Of a stretch of 64,000 bases of DNA, positions 34,691 to 42,937 are shown piece after piece. Made by a program: the position numbers and the translations under genes. How positions within the stretch are numbered: the stretch's first letter is position 1; each line of letters starts with the position of its first letter. Under the pieces are notes generated by a model. It was not told the DNA's origin, did no database searches, and was given only the letters and a program-made list of their open reading frames with translations. The DNA comes from an uncultured Solirubrobacterales bacterium (GTDB taxonomy: Bacteria > Actinomycetota > Thermoleophilia > Solirubrobacterales > Solirubrobacteraceae): NCBI GenBank assembly GCA_963776185.1, contig CAVZLM010000003.1, forward strand, positions 198,105-262,104, read 5' to 3'.

Positions 34691-35503
34691 ATGGAAACGA
34701 TCGGAAAACGCGCTGTGAGGATCTCGGCCGCGGAGGTTCTCGCGGCCTGGCGCGAATATCAGCTGACAGGCCAGCCCCGATCGCGAGACAAGCTGATCTT
34801 CATGTTCACCCCGATGGTTCGCTACATCGTCTATCGCAAGGTGCGCGAGGTGCCGGTGCAGTGCGACGTCGAGGACTTTCTATCGTGCGGCCTGGAGGCT
34901 CTGATCCGCTCGATCGAGCGCTATGACCCAGACAAGGGCGCGTCGCTCGAGCAGTACGCGTGGACGAGGATCCACGGGGCGGTGCTCGACGAGTTGCGCC
35001 GCCACGACTGGGCTCCGCGGTCGCTCAGACGCGACGAGCGCGCGATCAACAATGCACGCGAGGCTTTCCTCTCCACGCACGACCGTCAACCCAGCCGTGA
35101 GGAGCTCGCAGCGAAGGTCGGGATGGACCCAATCCAGCTGATCGGCCGTCTGGATGACGTGGCGCTAGCCGAGGTCGGCTCACTGAACCGCACGGTCCGC
35201 TCCGATGAAAGCCTCACGATCGAGCGGATAGACACGCTCGAAAGCGCCGACTCCGAGAGCGATCCGACAGCCAGCGCCGAGCGCCGCGAAGCCAAGCAGC
35301 GTTTTCGCGAGGCGTTCGCGCAGCTGCCCACGCAGGAGCGCGAAGTGGCGGTGCTGCTGTATGTGGAGGACTGGACGCTGCGCGATATCGGCGAGCGACT
35401 CGGCGTCTCAGAGAGCCGCATCTCCCAGATACACACCCAGTTGCGCCGCCGCCTCTACGATCAGCTCTCGGGCGAGCTCTCGCTGTTCAGCGCAGTTGGC
35501 TGA
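34691..35503 (+). CDS. fliA: Flagellar sigma factor sigma-28 (FliA/WhiG/SigD family)
   Basis: From ATG 34691 (GGAG 8 nt upstream). Region 2 is LIFMFTPMVRYIVYRK...EDFLSCGLEALIRSIERYDPDKGASLEQYAWTRIHGAVLDELRRHDW. Region 4 is LPTQEREVAVLLYVEDWTLRDIGERLGVSESRISQIH. Confidence 0.93.
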   Translation: METIGKRAVRISAAEVLAAWREYQLTGQPRSRDKLIFMFTPMVRYIVYRKVREVPVQCDVEDFLSCGLEALIRSIERYDPDKGASLEQYAWTRIHGAVLDELRRHDWAPRSLRRDERAINNAREAFLSTHDRQPSREELAAKVGMDPIQLIGRLDDVALAEVGSLNRTVRSDESLTIERIDTLESADSESDPTASAERREAKQRFREAFAQLPTQEREVAVLLYVEDWTLRDIGERLGVSESRISQIHTQLRRRLYDQLSGELSLFSAVG

Positions 35504-35539
35504 GTAATCGCCGCCCGCGATTGGGTCACCGCTCGTGGC

Positions 35540-35566
35540 TCAAGATTCTCCCTCCGCGGTCGAACA
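35540..35566 (+). promoter_or_regulatory. Sigma-28-type promoter candidate upstream of flgF
   Basis: TCAAGATT-N11-GTCGAACA. The -10 box ends 11 nt before ATG 35578. Confidence 0.45.
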
Positions 35567-35577
35567 ACTAAAGAGCA

Positions 35578-36273
35578 ATGGATGTGGGCCTTCAGATCGC
35601 CGCCACCGGGATGCTTGCCGAGCAGACACGGCAGAATCAGCTCTCCAACGATCTCGCCAACGCCTCGACCCCCGGCTATAAGCCCGACGAGTCCCCTCAG
35701 CACAGCTTCGGTGATGTGCTGCTGGCGAACACCGAGGGCGGAGCGGCGGTCGGGTCGCTCGACGCCGGCGTCGCCCTGGGCAAGACCTACACCGATATGA
35801 CGCCGGGCGCGATGCAGGAAACGGGCGAACCGCTCGACTTCGCGATCGAGGGCAGTGGCTTCTTCGCCGTGAAGAGCGCCCAGGGAGTCCGCTACACCCG
35901 TGATGGGCAGTTCACGACCACGGCTCAGGGCGTGCTGAGCGACACGAACGGCAACCCGGTGCTGGGACCGGGCGGAGAACCGATCAAGGTCGGCACGAGC
36001 GGCACCGTCCCGGTCTCCGCACTCGGTGTTTTTGAAGTGCCGAACGCGGCCAAGCAGGGCGAAAATCTCTATACGGGGACGGCCAAGGGCAAGGCCAGCA
36101 CACCCATCCGGCAGGGCGCCCTCGAGGCCTCCGGCGTAGACGCGGCCAAGGTGATGGTCGAAATGATCGACTCGCTGCGCTCCTTCCAGTCCGGTCAGCA
36201 GGCGATTCAGGCAATCGGCCAGACACTGCAGGAGGCGGCCTCTCAGGTCGGCTCGCTGAACTCCACCTCCTAG
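35578..36273 (+). CDS. flgF: Flagellar rod protein (FlgF-like)
   Basis: MDVGLQIAATGMLAEQTRQNQLSNDLANASTPGYK...GALEASGVDAAKVMVEMIDSLRSFQSGQQAIQ is present. Confidence 0.8.
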   Translation: MDVGLQIAATGMLAEQTRQNQLSNDLANASTPGYKPDESPQHSFGDVLLANTEGGAAVGSLDAGVALGKTYTDMTPGAMQETGEPLDFAIEGSGFFAVKSAQGVRYTRDGQFTTTAQGVLSDTNGNPVLGPGGEPIKVGTSGTVPVSALGVFEVPNAAKQGENLYTGTAKGKASTPIRQGALEASGVDAAKVMVEMIDSLRSFQSGQQAIQAIGQTLQEAASQVGSLNSTS

Positions 36274-36279
36274 AGGCGC

Positions 36280-36306
36280 TCAAGTCCGCCGAACGTCGGC
36301 CGATCA
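36280..36306 (+). promoter_or_regulatory. Sigma-28-type promoter candidate upstream of flgG
   Basis: TCAAGTCC-N11-GCCGATCA, in the 118-nt flgF-flgG gap. Confidence 0.5.
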
Positions 36307-36391
36307 CCTGACGTGAGAAGACTGAGCGGCTCGGCTGGACCGCCATGCGGAAAGCCGAGCCCTTCGACGACCACGATCACAGGACGGGCTG

Positions 36392-37126
36392 ATGCTCGAA
36401 GGTCTCTATTCCGCAGCGGCAGGCATGGCAGCACAGCAGGAACAACTCAACGCGATCGGCAACGATCTCGCGAACGTCTCAACCGACGGCTATCAGTCCG
36501 AGCGCGTCGCTTTCAGCGATCTGCTCTACAACGCGGTCGATATGGGCGGAACCGAAACCACCGCCGGATCCGGCGCGGAGGCCCAGGTGATTGGCCGCAG
36601 CCAGTCTCAGGGCCCGATCCAGGAAACGGGCAACCCGCTCGATCTGGCGATCGAAGGCGAAGGCTACTTTCAGCTCAAGCGCCCCGACGGCAGCACGGCG
36701 CTCAGTCGCGGCGGGGCGTTCGGCGTTGACGCGAGCGGTACGATCACAAACGCCGAAGGCAACCGCCTGGAGCCACCGATCAAACTGCCCGCCGGCGTCT
36801 CCGCAAGCGAAGTGAAGATCGCTCCCGACGGGACCGTGACCGCCGGCAAGAGCACGCTCGGCCAGATCAAGCTCGTCACCGTGACTTCCCCCGATCACAT
36901 GCTGGCCAACGGTTCCGGGGAGCTGACGCCAAACGCCGCCAGCGGCTCGCCGTTCCCCGCCAGCGCCGCCAAGCTCCACCAGGGCGCGCTCGAGCAGTCG
37001 AATGTCGACATGGCCAAGGAGATGGGGATGATGGTCGCCACGCAACGCAACTTCCAGCTCGCGAGCAGCGCGATCCAGGACGAGAGCCAGATGATGTCGA
37101 TCGCCAACCAACTGCGCCCGTCATGA
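36392..37126 (+). CDS. flgG: Flagellar distal rod protein FlgG
   Basis: MLEGLYSAAAGMAAQQEQLNAIGNDLANVSTDGYQ...GALEQSNVDMAKEMGMMVATQRNFQLASSAIQ is present. Confidence 0.92.
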   Translation: MLEGLYSAAAGMAAQQEQLNAIGNDLANVSTDGYQSERVAFSDLLYNAVDMGGTETTAGSGAEAQVIGRSQSQGPIQETGNPLDLAIEGEGYFQLKRPDGSTALSRGGAFGVDASGTITNAEGNRLEPPIKLPAGVSASEVKIAPDGTVTAGKSTLGQIKLVTVTSPDHMLANGSGELTPNAASGSPFPASAAKLHQGALEQSNVDMAKEMGMMVATQRNFQLASSAIQDESQMMSIANQLRPS

Positions 37127-37566
37127 GCGTCGGCATCCAGAGCTCCGCGCTGACGGCGACCGGCCTTCCCGTGGTCAACCAGGCACTCGAGCCGACCTGG
37201 GTGCGCGATGGCTCGCAGTCCACGAAGAATGCCTATGACACGGCGCTCACGTTTGAACAGATGCTCGTCGAACAGCTCTCGAAGTCGATGGCGGCGACCA
37301 GCGGCCTCGGCGGCGAATCCTCAGAAGAAGGGGAATCCGGCTCTGAAGAAAGCTCCCTGCCGGCGATCGGCGGCCAGAGCACCGAGCTCTCTTCGATGCT
37401 GCCGCAAGCGCTCTCCTCCGGCGTGATGAGTGCCGGCGGACTCGGGCTGGCGGCGCAGATGACCAGCCAGCTGCAAGACCCCTCGGGCGTCTCGCAGACC
37501 CCCTCCAGCGTCGCGGCGAAGAGCCCCGCGACCGCCGTGGGCACCACCGGAGGCAGCGGCTCATGA
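37123..37566 (+). CDS. Stand-alone rod-binding protein (FlgJ N-terminal-domain-like)
   Basis: KNAYDTALTFEQMLVEQLSKSM resembles the rod-binding domain core (..FEa.fl..mlk.m). The rest is a Ser/Gly/Glu-rich disordered tail with no enzymatic domain. Confidence 0.6.
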   Translation: MSVGIQSSALTATGLPVVNQALEPTWVRDGSQSTKNAYDTALTFEQMLVEQLSKSMAATSGLGGESSEEGESGSEESSLPAIGGQSTELSSMLPQALSSGVMSAGGLGLAAQMTSQLQDPSGVSQTPSSVAAKSPATAVGTTGGSGS

Positions 37567-38114
37567 ACGCGGCGACGCTGACGGCGCCCTCGAGCACTGC
37601 GCACGACAGCGCGCTCGCCGCCGATGTGCTCGCCCATCTCGATGCGCAGATCAGATCGGCACGGGCGCTGCTCGCGGTCGTCCTCGAGCAGGGCGTCGCG
37701 ATCCGCGCGCGCGATGTGCACACAGTGGTCCGCCTGGCCGGCATCCTGCGCGGTGAGATGGGCCGCCGCGAGCTGCTGGAGGAGGAGCGATCCCGTCTGC
37801 TGGCACGCAGCGGCGAGCGGCTGGGGATCGCAGCACAAGCGGTCACGCTGGGCCAGCTGAACACCCTGATGAGCATCGCCTGCGCCCAGCAGGCGAGCGA
37901 GCTCAGCGCCCAGCTGAGGGGCCTCTTGCACGAGCTTCAGCGTGAGCACACCTGCAACCGCACCCTGATGGGGATCGAGCTCGGTTTTCTCGAGCACCTG
38001 ATGGGAATGCTCTCACTCGACGGGGTCAACGGCTACGACACCCGCGGCTCGTCCACGCCGATCACGCGAGCCCGCCCGCACGGCGCTCTGCACGTACTCG
38101 ACCTGCACGCCTAG
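37563..38114 (+). CDS. flgN: FlgN-like chaperone for hook-associated proteins
   Basis: 183 aa, helical, directly upstream of flgK. LDAQIRSARALLAVVLEQGVAIRARDV...LLEEERSRLL...LRGLLHELQREHTCNRTLM is present. Confidence 0.6.
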   Translation: MNAATLTAPSSTAHDSALAADVLAHLDAQIRSARALLAVVLEQGVAIRARDVHTVVRLAGILRGEMGRRELLEEERSRLLARSGERLGIAAQAVTLGQLNTLMSIACAQQASELSAQLRGLLHELQREHTCNRTLMGIELGFLEHLMGMLSLDGVNGYDTRGSSTPITRARPHGALHVLDLHA

Positions 38115-38118
38115 AGCG

Positions 38119-39432
38119 ATGTCGATTCCCACTCTACAAGGCCTGCAAACCGCGCTCAGCGGCTTGATCGCCGAGCAGCAGGCGCTCGATACGACCGCCA
38201 ACAACATCGCCAACGCCAACACCGAAGGCTATACGCGCGAGCAGGCGGTCCTGCAGACCAACAGGCCGATCGTGATCCCGGCGACCAACCCGGTGACCGG
38301 CGAAGGCGCACAGCTCGGCACCGGGGTGAACGTCGGGACCATCTCACGCATCCGCAACAGCTACCTCGACTCGCAGTACCGCACCCAGAACAGCGCGTTG
38401 AGCGATGCGAGCACCCAGTCAGAAGAGCTGACGCAGGCACAGGCCGCGTTCAACGAACCGTCGAGCTCCGGCACAGCCGCGCAGCTGTCGGCTTTCTGGA
38501 GCTCCTGGAGCAGCCTCACCAAGGAACCCAGCAGCCTGCCCGTCAAGCAGGGGGTCGTGGAAGCCGGCCAGCAGCTGGCCACTTCGCTGAACGAGCTCAG
38601 CAGACAGCTCTCGACACTCACAAGCCAAACCGAAGAACAGTACGAAGCGATCACCGGGCCCTCCGGGGAAGTCGCCGCCCACGCCAGCCAGATCGCGGAA
38701 CTCAACCAGCAGATCAAGCTCTCCGAAGAAGCCGGGCAGCAACCCAACGAGATGCTCGACCGTCGCGACACGCTCATCGACCAACTGTCCAGCCTGGCAC
38801 AGGTCACGGTCACCGAACAGTCAAACCACATGGACACCGTGACCTTCGGTAACGCCGCGAAACCGCTGGTCGAAGGAACCAAAGTCAACTGGCCGCAAAC
38901 GCTCACCGAAGCCGCCGGCGGCAAGCTCGGCGCGCTGCTCGGCCTGACCGGCCCCAAAGGTGCACTCACCTCCTATCAGGCGTCCTTGAACAGCGTGGCC
39001 AGCTCGCTGGCGAGCAGCGTCAACGCGCTGCACACCTCGACCCCGTTCTTCTCGGGCACCACGGCCGCCACCATCGCGGTAGCCGTAACCGCTGCCCAGG
39101 TCCAGACCTCTTCGACCGGTGAGCCGGGCGGCAACGACGTGGCGCTGGCGATTTCCGAACTACGCGGGCAGGAAGCCGAACAGGGCTACGCGGCGCTCGT
39201 CGAGCAGGTCGGCGCCAACCTTCAGAGCGCTCGCAACGACCAGACCAATCTGCAGACGACGCTGACCGCCATCAGCAGCCAGCGCGAGGGCGTCTCGGGG
39301 GTCTCCCTCGACGAAGAAATGACCAACCTGATCAGCTTCCAGCGCGGCTACCAGGCGTCCGCGCGTACTCTGACGGCGATGGACAGCATGCTCGAAACGT
39401 TGATCGAGCACACCGGAACGGTAGGGCTGTAG
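38119..39432 (+). CDS. flgK: Flagellar hook-associated protein 1 FlgK
   Basis: The N-terminus is MSIPTLQGLQTALSGLIAEQQALDTTANNIANANTEGYTRE. The C-terminus is GVSLDEEMTNLISFQRGYQASARTLTAMDSMLETLI. Confidence 0.93.
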   Translation: MSIPTLQGLQTALSGLIAEQQALDTTANNIANANTEGYTREQAVLQTNRPIVIPATNPVTGEGAQLGTGVNVGTISRIRNSYLDSQYRTQNSALSDASTQSEELTQAQAAFNEPSSSGTAAQLSAFWSSWSSLTKEPSSLPVKQGVVEAGQQLATSLNELSRQLSTLTSQTEEQYEAITGPSGEVAAHASQIAELNQQIKLSEEAGQQPNEMLDRRDTLIDQLSSLAQVTVTEQSNHMDTVTFGNAAKPLVEGTKVNWPQTLTEAAGGKLGALLGLTGPKGALTSYQASLNSVASSLASSVNALHTSTPFFSGTTAATIAVAVTAAQVQTSSTGEPGGNDVALAISELRGQEAEQGYAALVEQVGANLQSARNDQTNLQTTLTAISSQREGVSGVSLDEEMTNLISFQRGYQASARTLTAMDSMLETLIEHTGTVGL

Positions 39433-39434
39433 AG

Positions 39435-40349
39435 ATGAGCGAGCGCATCACGCCAGCGATGGTCACCGCCACCACGCTGAACAATCTCAACTCCTCCCTG
39501 GCGAGCCTCGAGCGCAGCTCAGACGAACTTTCCTCGGGCAAGAAGATCCTCGAACCGTCGGATAACCCCTATGGCGCGAGCCAGATCATCGACCTGCAGA
39601 GCCAGCTCGACGGACTCAGCTCCTACCAGAGCAGCGCACAGGACGGGATCTCCTGGCAGACCACCGCCTCGAGCGCGATGTCGAGCATGAACACGATCAC
39701 CGAGCGCGTGCGCGAACTGCTCGTGCAGGCCTCCAGCGGCACCAACAACCAGAGCGACCTGAACAACATCGCCTCCGAGGTCGATCAGCTCACCGAAGCC
39801 GTCAAGCAGGACGCCGACACCCAGTACGACGGCCAGTACGTCTTCTCGGGAACGACGACCACGACAGTGCCCTACAAGCTCGGCGCAGACGACGAATACC
39901 AGGGCAACAGCGGCACGATCGCGCGCTCGGTCGGCCCCGGCGTGTCGGTAACTGTCAACACGGCGATCTCTTCGCTGCTCGGCAACGGCAAGAGCTCCGG
40001 CGACGGCAAGTTGCTCGACACGCTGCGCACGATCTCCGAACACCTGACCGGGGGCACCGCAGAAGACATGAACGCGCTCGGCTCCACTGACCTGAAAAAC
40101 CTCGACGCGAACATCGAAACCCTCAGCCAGCTACAGGCGACCGCGGGAGGCGTCACCGATCAACTGCAGACGGCGCTCAGCCGCAGCGAAGACCTCCAGA
40201 ACTCGATCACCACGAGCCTGTCCAACACCGAGGACGCGAACATCGCCGAAGTCTCGATCGCCTACTCCAACGAGCAGGCCGCCTATGAGGCCGCGCTGCA
40301 CGCTGGCGCGACAATCATTCAGGAATCTCTGCTCAACTTCCTCCAATAG
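39435..40349 (+). CDS. flgL: Flagellar hook-associated protein 3 FlgL
   Basis: It has RITPAMVTATTLNNLNSSLASLERSSDELSSGKKILEPSDNPYGA and a flagellin-like C-terminus EAALHAGATIIQESLLNFL. Confidence 0.9.
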   Translation: MSERITPAMVTATTLNNLNSSLASLERSSDELSSGKKILEPSDNPYGASQIIDLQSQLDGLSSYQSSAQDGISWQTTASSAMSSMNTITERVRELLVQASSGTNNQSDLNNIASEVDQLTEAVKQDADTQYDGQYVFSGTTTTTVPYKLGADDEYQGNSGTIARSVGPGVSVTVNTAISSLLGNGKSSGDGKLLDTLRTISEHLTGGTAEDMNALGSTDLKNLDANIETLSQLQATAGGVTDQLQTALSRSEDLQNSITTSLSNTEDANIAEVSIAYSNEQAAYEAALHAGATIIQESLLNFLQ

Positions 40350-40373
40350 ACGAACCCAAGGAGAGCCCCGTCC

Positions 40374-40829
40374 ATGTCCCTGACATTCGAGAGCATCCGC
40401 TTCGGAACGGTTGAGATCCCGCAAGAGGACGCGATCGAATTTCCCCTCGGGCTGATCGGCCTCGGGGGTCTGCGCTACGCGCTGCTCGATCGCAACCCCG
40501 GCACCGGGTTCTTCTGGCTGCACTCGCTCGAGGATCCGGCGCTGGCGCTGCTGGTCGTGGACCCGCGGCGGTTCTTCTCCGCTTTTACGCTGGAGCTCTC
40601 CGAGGAGGACCGCGAGCGGACCGGGGTCGAGGATCCCGCCGAGGGGGAGCTGTGGGTGACCGTGCGCGCCACTCCCGATCCGCTGGACATCATGGTGAAC
40701 CTGCGTGCCCCGCTGATCGTCTCTCAGGGACGCGGACACCAGGTGATCAACAGGGCCGAGCACGCGCCGCTGCAGGCTCCCCTGTTCGTGATGTCGACTC
40801 AGTCCCCCACGACATCCGACGCGGCATAG
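40374..40829 (+). CDS. fliW: Flagellar assembly factor FliW (CsrA antagonist)
   Basis: SIRFGTVEIPQEDAIEFPLGLIGLGGLRYALLD...FFWLHSLEDPALALLVVDP...NLRAPLIV is present. Confidence 0.93.
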   Translation: MSLTFESIRFGTVEIPQEDAIEFPLGLIGLGGLRYALLDRNPGTGFFWLHSLEDPALALLVVDPRRFFSAFTLELSEEDRERTGVEDPAEGELWVTVRATPDPLDIMVNLRAPLIVSQGRGHQVINRAEHAPLQAPLFVMSTQSPTTSDAA

Positions 40830-40901
40830 AGACTCCCCGGGAATGATCGACGACACCCGGGTCTCGCCAATCCTTTTCCAGCCGCTTCACGATCACGGCC
40901 G

Positions 40902-41138
40902 ATGCTGATACTCACGCGCCGTACCGGGGAGCGCGTCGTGATCGGCGACGACGTCCTGGTGACCGTCATGGCAATCAGCGGCAGCACGGTTCGCCTGGGG
41001 ATCGCGGCGCCCGACGGGGTGTCCATCTACCGCGAGGAGATCTGGCTCGCCGTCAAGGACGAGAACCGCGCCGCGGCGGCCGCCGCCGACGTCGGCGCCG
41101 TGCCCCAAACCCCGATCGAGCCCGCCCCGGGCCCCTGA
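40902..41138 (+). CDS. csrA: Carbon storage regulator CsrA (FliW-partnered type)
   Basis: [48 protein letters not shown], plus a C-terminal extension. Confidence 0.95.
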   Translation: MLILTRRTGERVVIGDDVLVTVMAISGSTVRLGIAAPDGVSIYREEIWLAVKDENRAAAAAADVGAVPQTPIEPAPGP

Positions 41139-41159
41139 GCGAGCAGGCATCCTCCTGCC

Positions 41160-42035
41160 ATGAATGCCACGGCCTGCCCAATCGAGCAATGGTGGTCTGA
41201 AGGGCAGCGCCGTACGCTCCCGATCGGTGGCGTCGCGCGCGGCATTTTCGTGCGCCGGATGGGAGCGGGTCCGCCGATGACGCTGCTGCACGGCTTCCCG
41301 AGCTCCTCCCACGACTGGGCCAAGGTGGCTGGGGCTTTGGCTGAGAATCACACGCTGCTGCTGCCGGACTTCCTCGGGTTCGGGGCCTCAGAGAAGCCCG
41401 CGCAGCACGACTATTCGATCGGCGAGCAGGCCGACCTCGTGCAGGCCCTGTGGGCCAGCGAGAACGTCGACTCCACGGTGCTGGTGGCGCACGACTATGC
41501 CGTGTCGGTCACCCAGGAGCTGCTGTCCCGTCGGGCCGCCGGGCAGCTGAGCGTCGAGCTGAGGAAGGTCCACCTGCTGAATGGGGGGCTGTATCCAGAC
41601 GTGTATCGGCCCCAGCCTGGGCAGCTCGCGCTGTTGGATCCAGAGCAGGGGCCTCAGATCAGCGCCAACATCAACGAGGAGCTGTGGAGCGCGGCGCTGC
41701 GACCGACGTTCGCCGAGGACTTCGCGGCAGACGACGCTCTCGCCGATATCTGGCGCTCGATGAGTCGCGAGGATGGACACCGGATCGTCCACCGCCTGAT
41801 CCGCTACATGGACGACCGCAGCACTCACGCCGAGCGCTGGGTGCACGCGCTGCAGACCACCGACGTGCCCCTCTCGTTCGTGTGGGGGATGCTCGACCCG
41901 ATCTCCGGCGCACACATGGCGCGGCGCATCCGAGAGCGTCTTCCGGACGCGCCGTTGCTGGCGCTAGAGGACGTTTCACATTGGCTGTCACTGGAAGCTC
42001 CACAACGCATTGCCGCCGCGATCTTGGCCGCCTGA
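41160..42035 (+). CDS. Alpha/beta-fold hydrolase (Asp-nucleophile, epoxide-hydrolase/MEST-like)
   Basis: It has LLHGFPSSSHDW...LLLPDFLGFGASEKP. The nucleophile-elbow position reads VAHDYAVSV (Asp, not Ser). The C-terminal part reads ...LEDVSHW. Confidence 0.75.
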   Translation: MNATACPIEQWWSEGQRRTLPIGGVARGIFVRRMGAGPPMTLLHGFPSSSHDWAKVAGALAENHTLLLPDFLGFGASEKPAQHDYSIGEQADLVQALWASENVDSTVLVAHDYAVSVTQELLSRRAAGQLSVELRKVHLLNGGLYPDVYRPQPGQLALLDPEQGPQISANINEELWSAALRPTFAEDFAADDALADIWRSMSREDGHRIVHRLIRYMDDRSTHAERWVHALQTTDVPLSFVWGMLDPISGAHMARRIRERLPDAPLLALEDVSHWLSLEAPQRIAAAILAA

Positions 42036-42046
42036 CCGGCGGTGTA

Positions 42047-42937
42047 TCAGTTTGAGCTTGAGCCCGGCTTGGGAGCAAGGATGGCTTCGGGCCAGTTGCT
42101 GCCGCATGCATCGGTGCGTGATCTCCGCCGCAGTTGGGAAAGCGCGTGGGCGGATACATCGATGTCCTTCCCCATCTGGCGAGCGCGATTGAGCAAATGG
42201 CGCTCATACCAGGCTGCCGTCTTGCTCTCGATGATTGCGTGGCGCGCCGCCCCGGAGATGAGATCAGCCATCTGAATAAACGGATGCAGCCTACTGTCGT
42301 GAAGCACAGAGCCGCCGATGATCCATGGCTTACCCGGCATTACGTATGGACGACAGCGTGGAAACCGCCGATAAAAGCGGTGCGCAACGAGGTCTTGTGC
42401 GCTACGAAAGGCCAGGTCTTGCCCATCGATGACGCTCATCGGAAGTCGAGGATGAGGGGCTTTTTGCGGCTCCACCAGCAGCATGTAAACCATCCAGAAC
42501 CACAGTCTGTACACGTCAGTCGCCTGCTTACGGGGTAACGCAATCGAGAGGACGCGGAGCTCTTGGATACCCGCGATGTGCTCTAGAGCTTCACGGTACA
42601 CACGCCGGCCAGCGGACCTTGCGCTCATCCCGTTGACGCCTTCTTCCCCTAGGACGCGTTGGGCATGGATCGCTACGCCCTTTCCGGCACGAAGCTCACG
42701 GCTCTTGACCTCGGCGTTACCAGAGCGGCTTCCAAGCCTATTAGCGACGAAATCCATCCAACGGCGCTCCGCGGAGCGCAGCCATCGCGCCGGAATGAGC
42801 ACTCCCGAAACTACGTACAGGTCGGTGCTCCCCGACTCACCCGACTCGTCCAGGAACGCAACGTAATCCTCGTTCCTCAAGCCCGCCATGGAGCGGAAGT
42901 CTCGCATTTTGCGTCCAAAAGGCACCGAGCCCGTCAT
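42047..42937 (-). CDS. DUF3800-like protein
   Basis: YVAFLDESGESGSTDLYVVSGVLIP lies near the N-terminus and HPFIQMADLISGAARHAI near the C-terminus (DESG ... Q.AD pattern). The start is uncertain: Met codons occur at 42937, 42907 and 42889, and the ORF-track start is 43105. GC is visibly lower than in the neighbours. Confidence 0.6.
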   Translation of the reverse strand: MTGSVPFGRKMRDFRSMAGLRNEDYVAFLDESGESGSTDLYVVSGVLIPARWLRSAERRWMDFVANRLGSRSGNAEVKSRELRAGKGVAIHAQRVLGEEGVNGMSARSAGRRVYREALEHIAGIQELRVLSIALPRKQATDVYRLWFWMVYMLLVEPQKAPHPRLPMSVIDGQDLAFRSAQDLVAHRFYRRFPRCRPYVMPGKPWIIGGSVLHDSRLHPFIQMADLISGAARHAIIESKTAAWYERHLLNRARQMGKDIDVSAHALSQLRRRSRTDACGSNWPEAILAPKPGSSSN

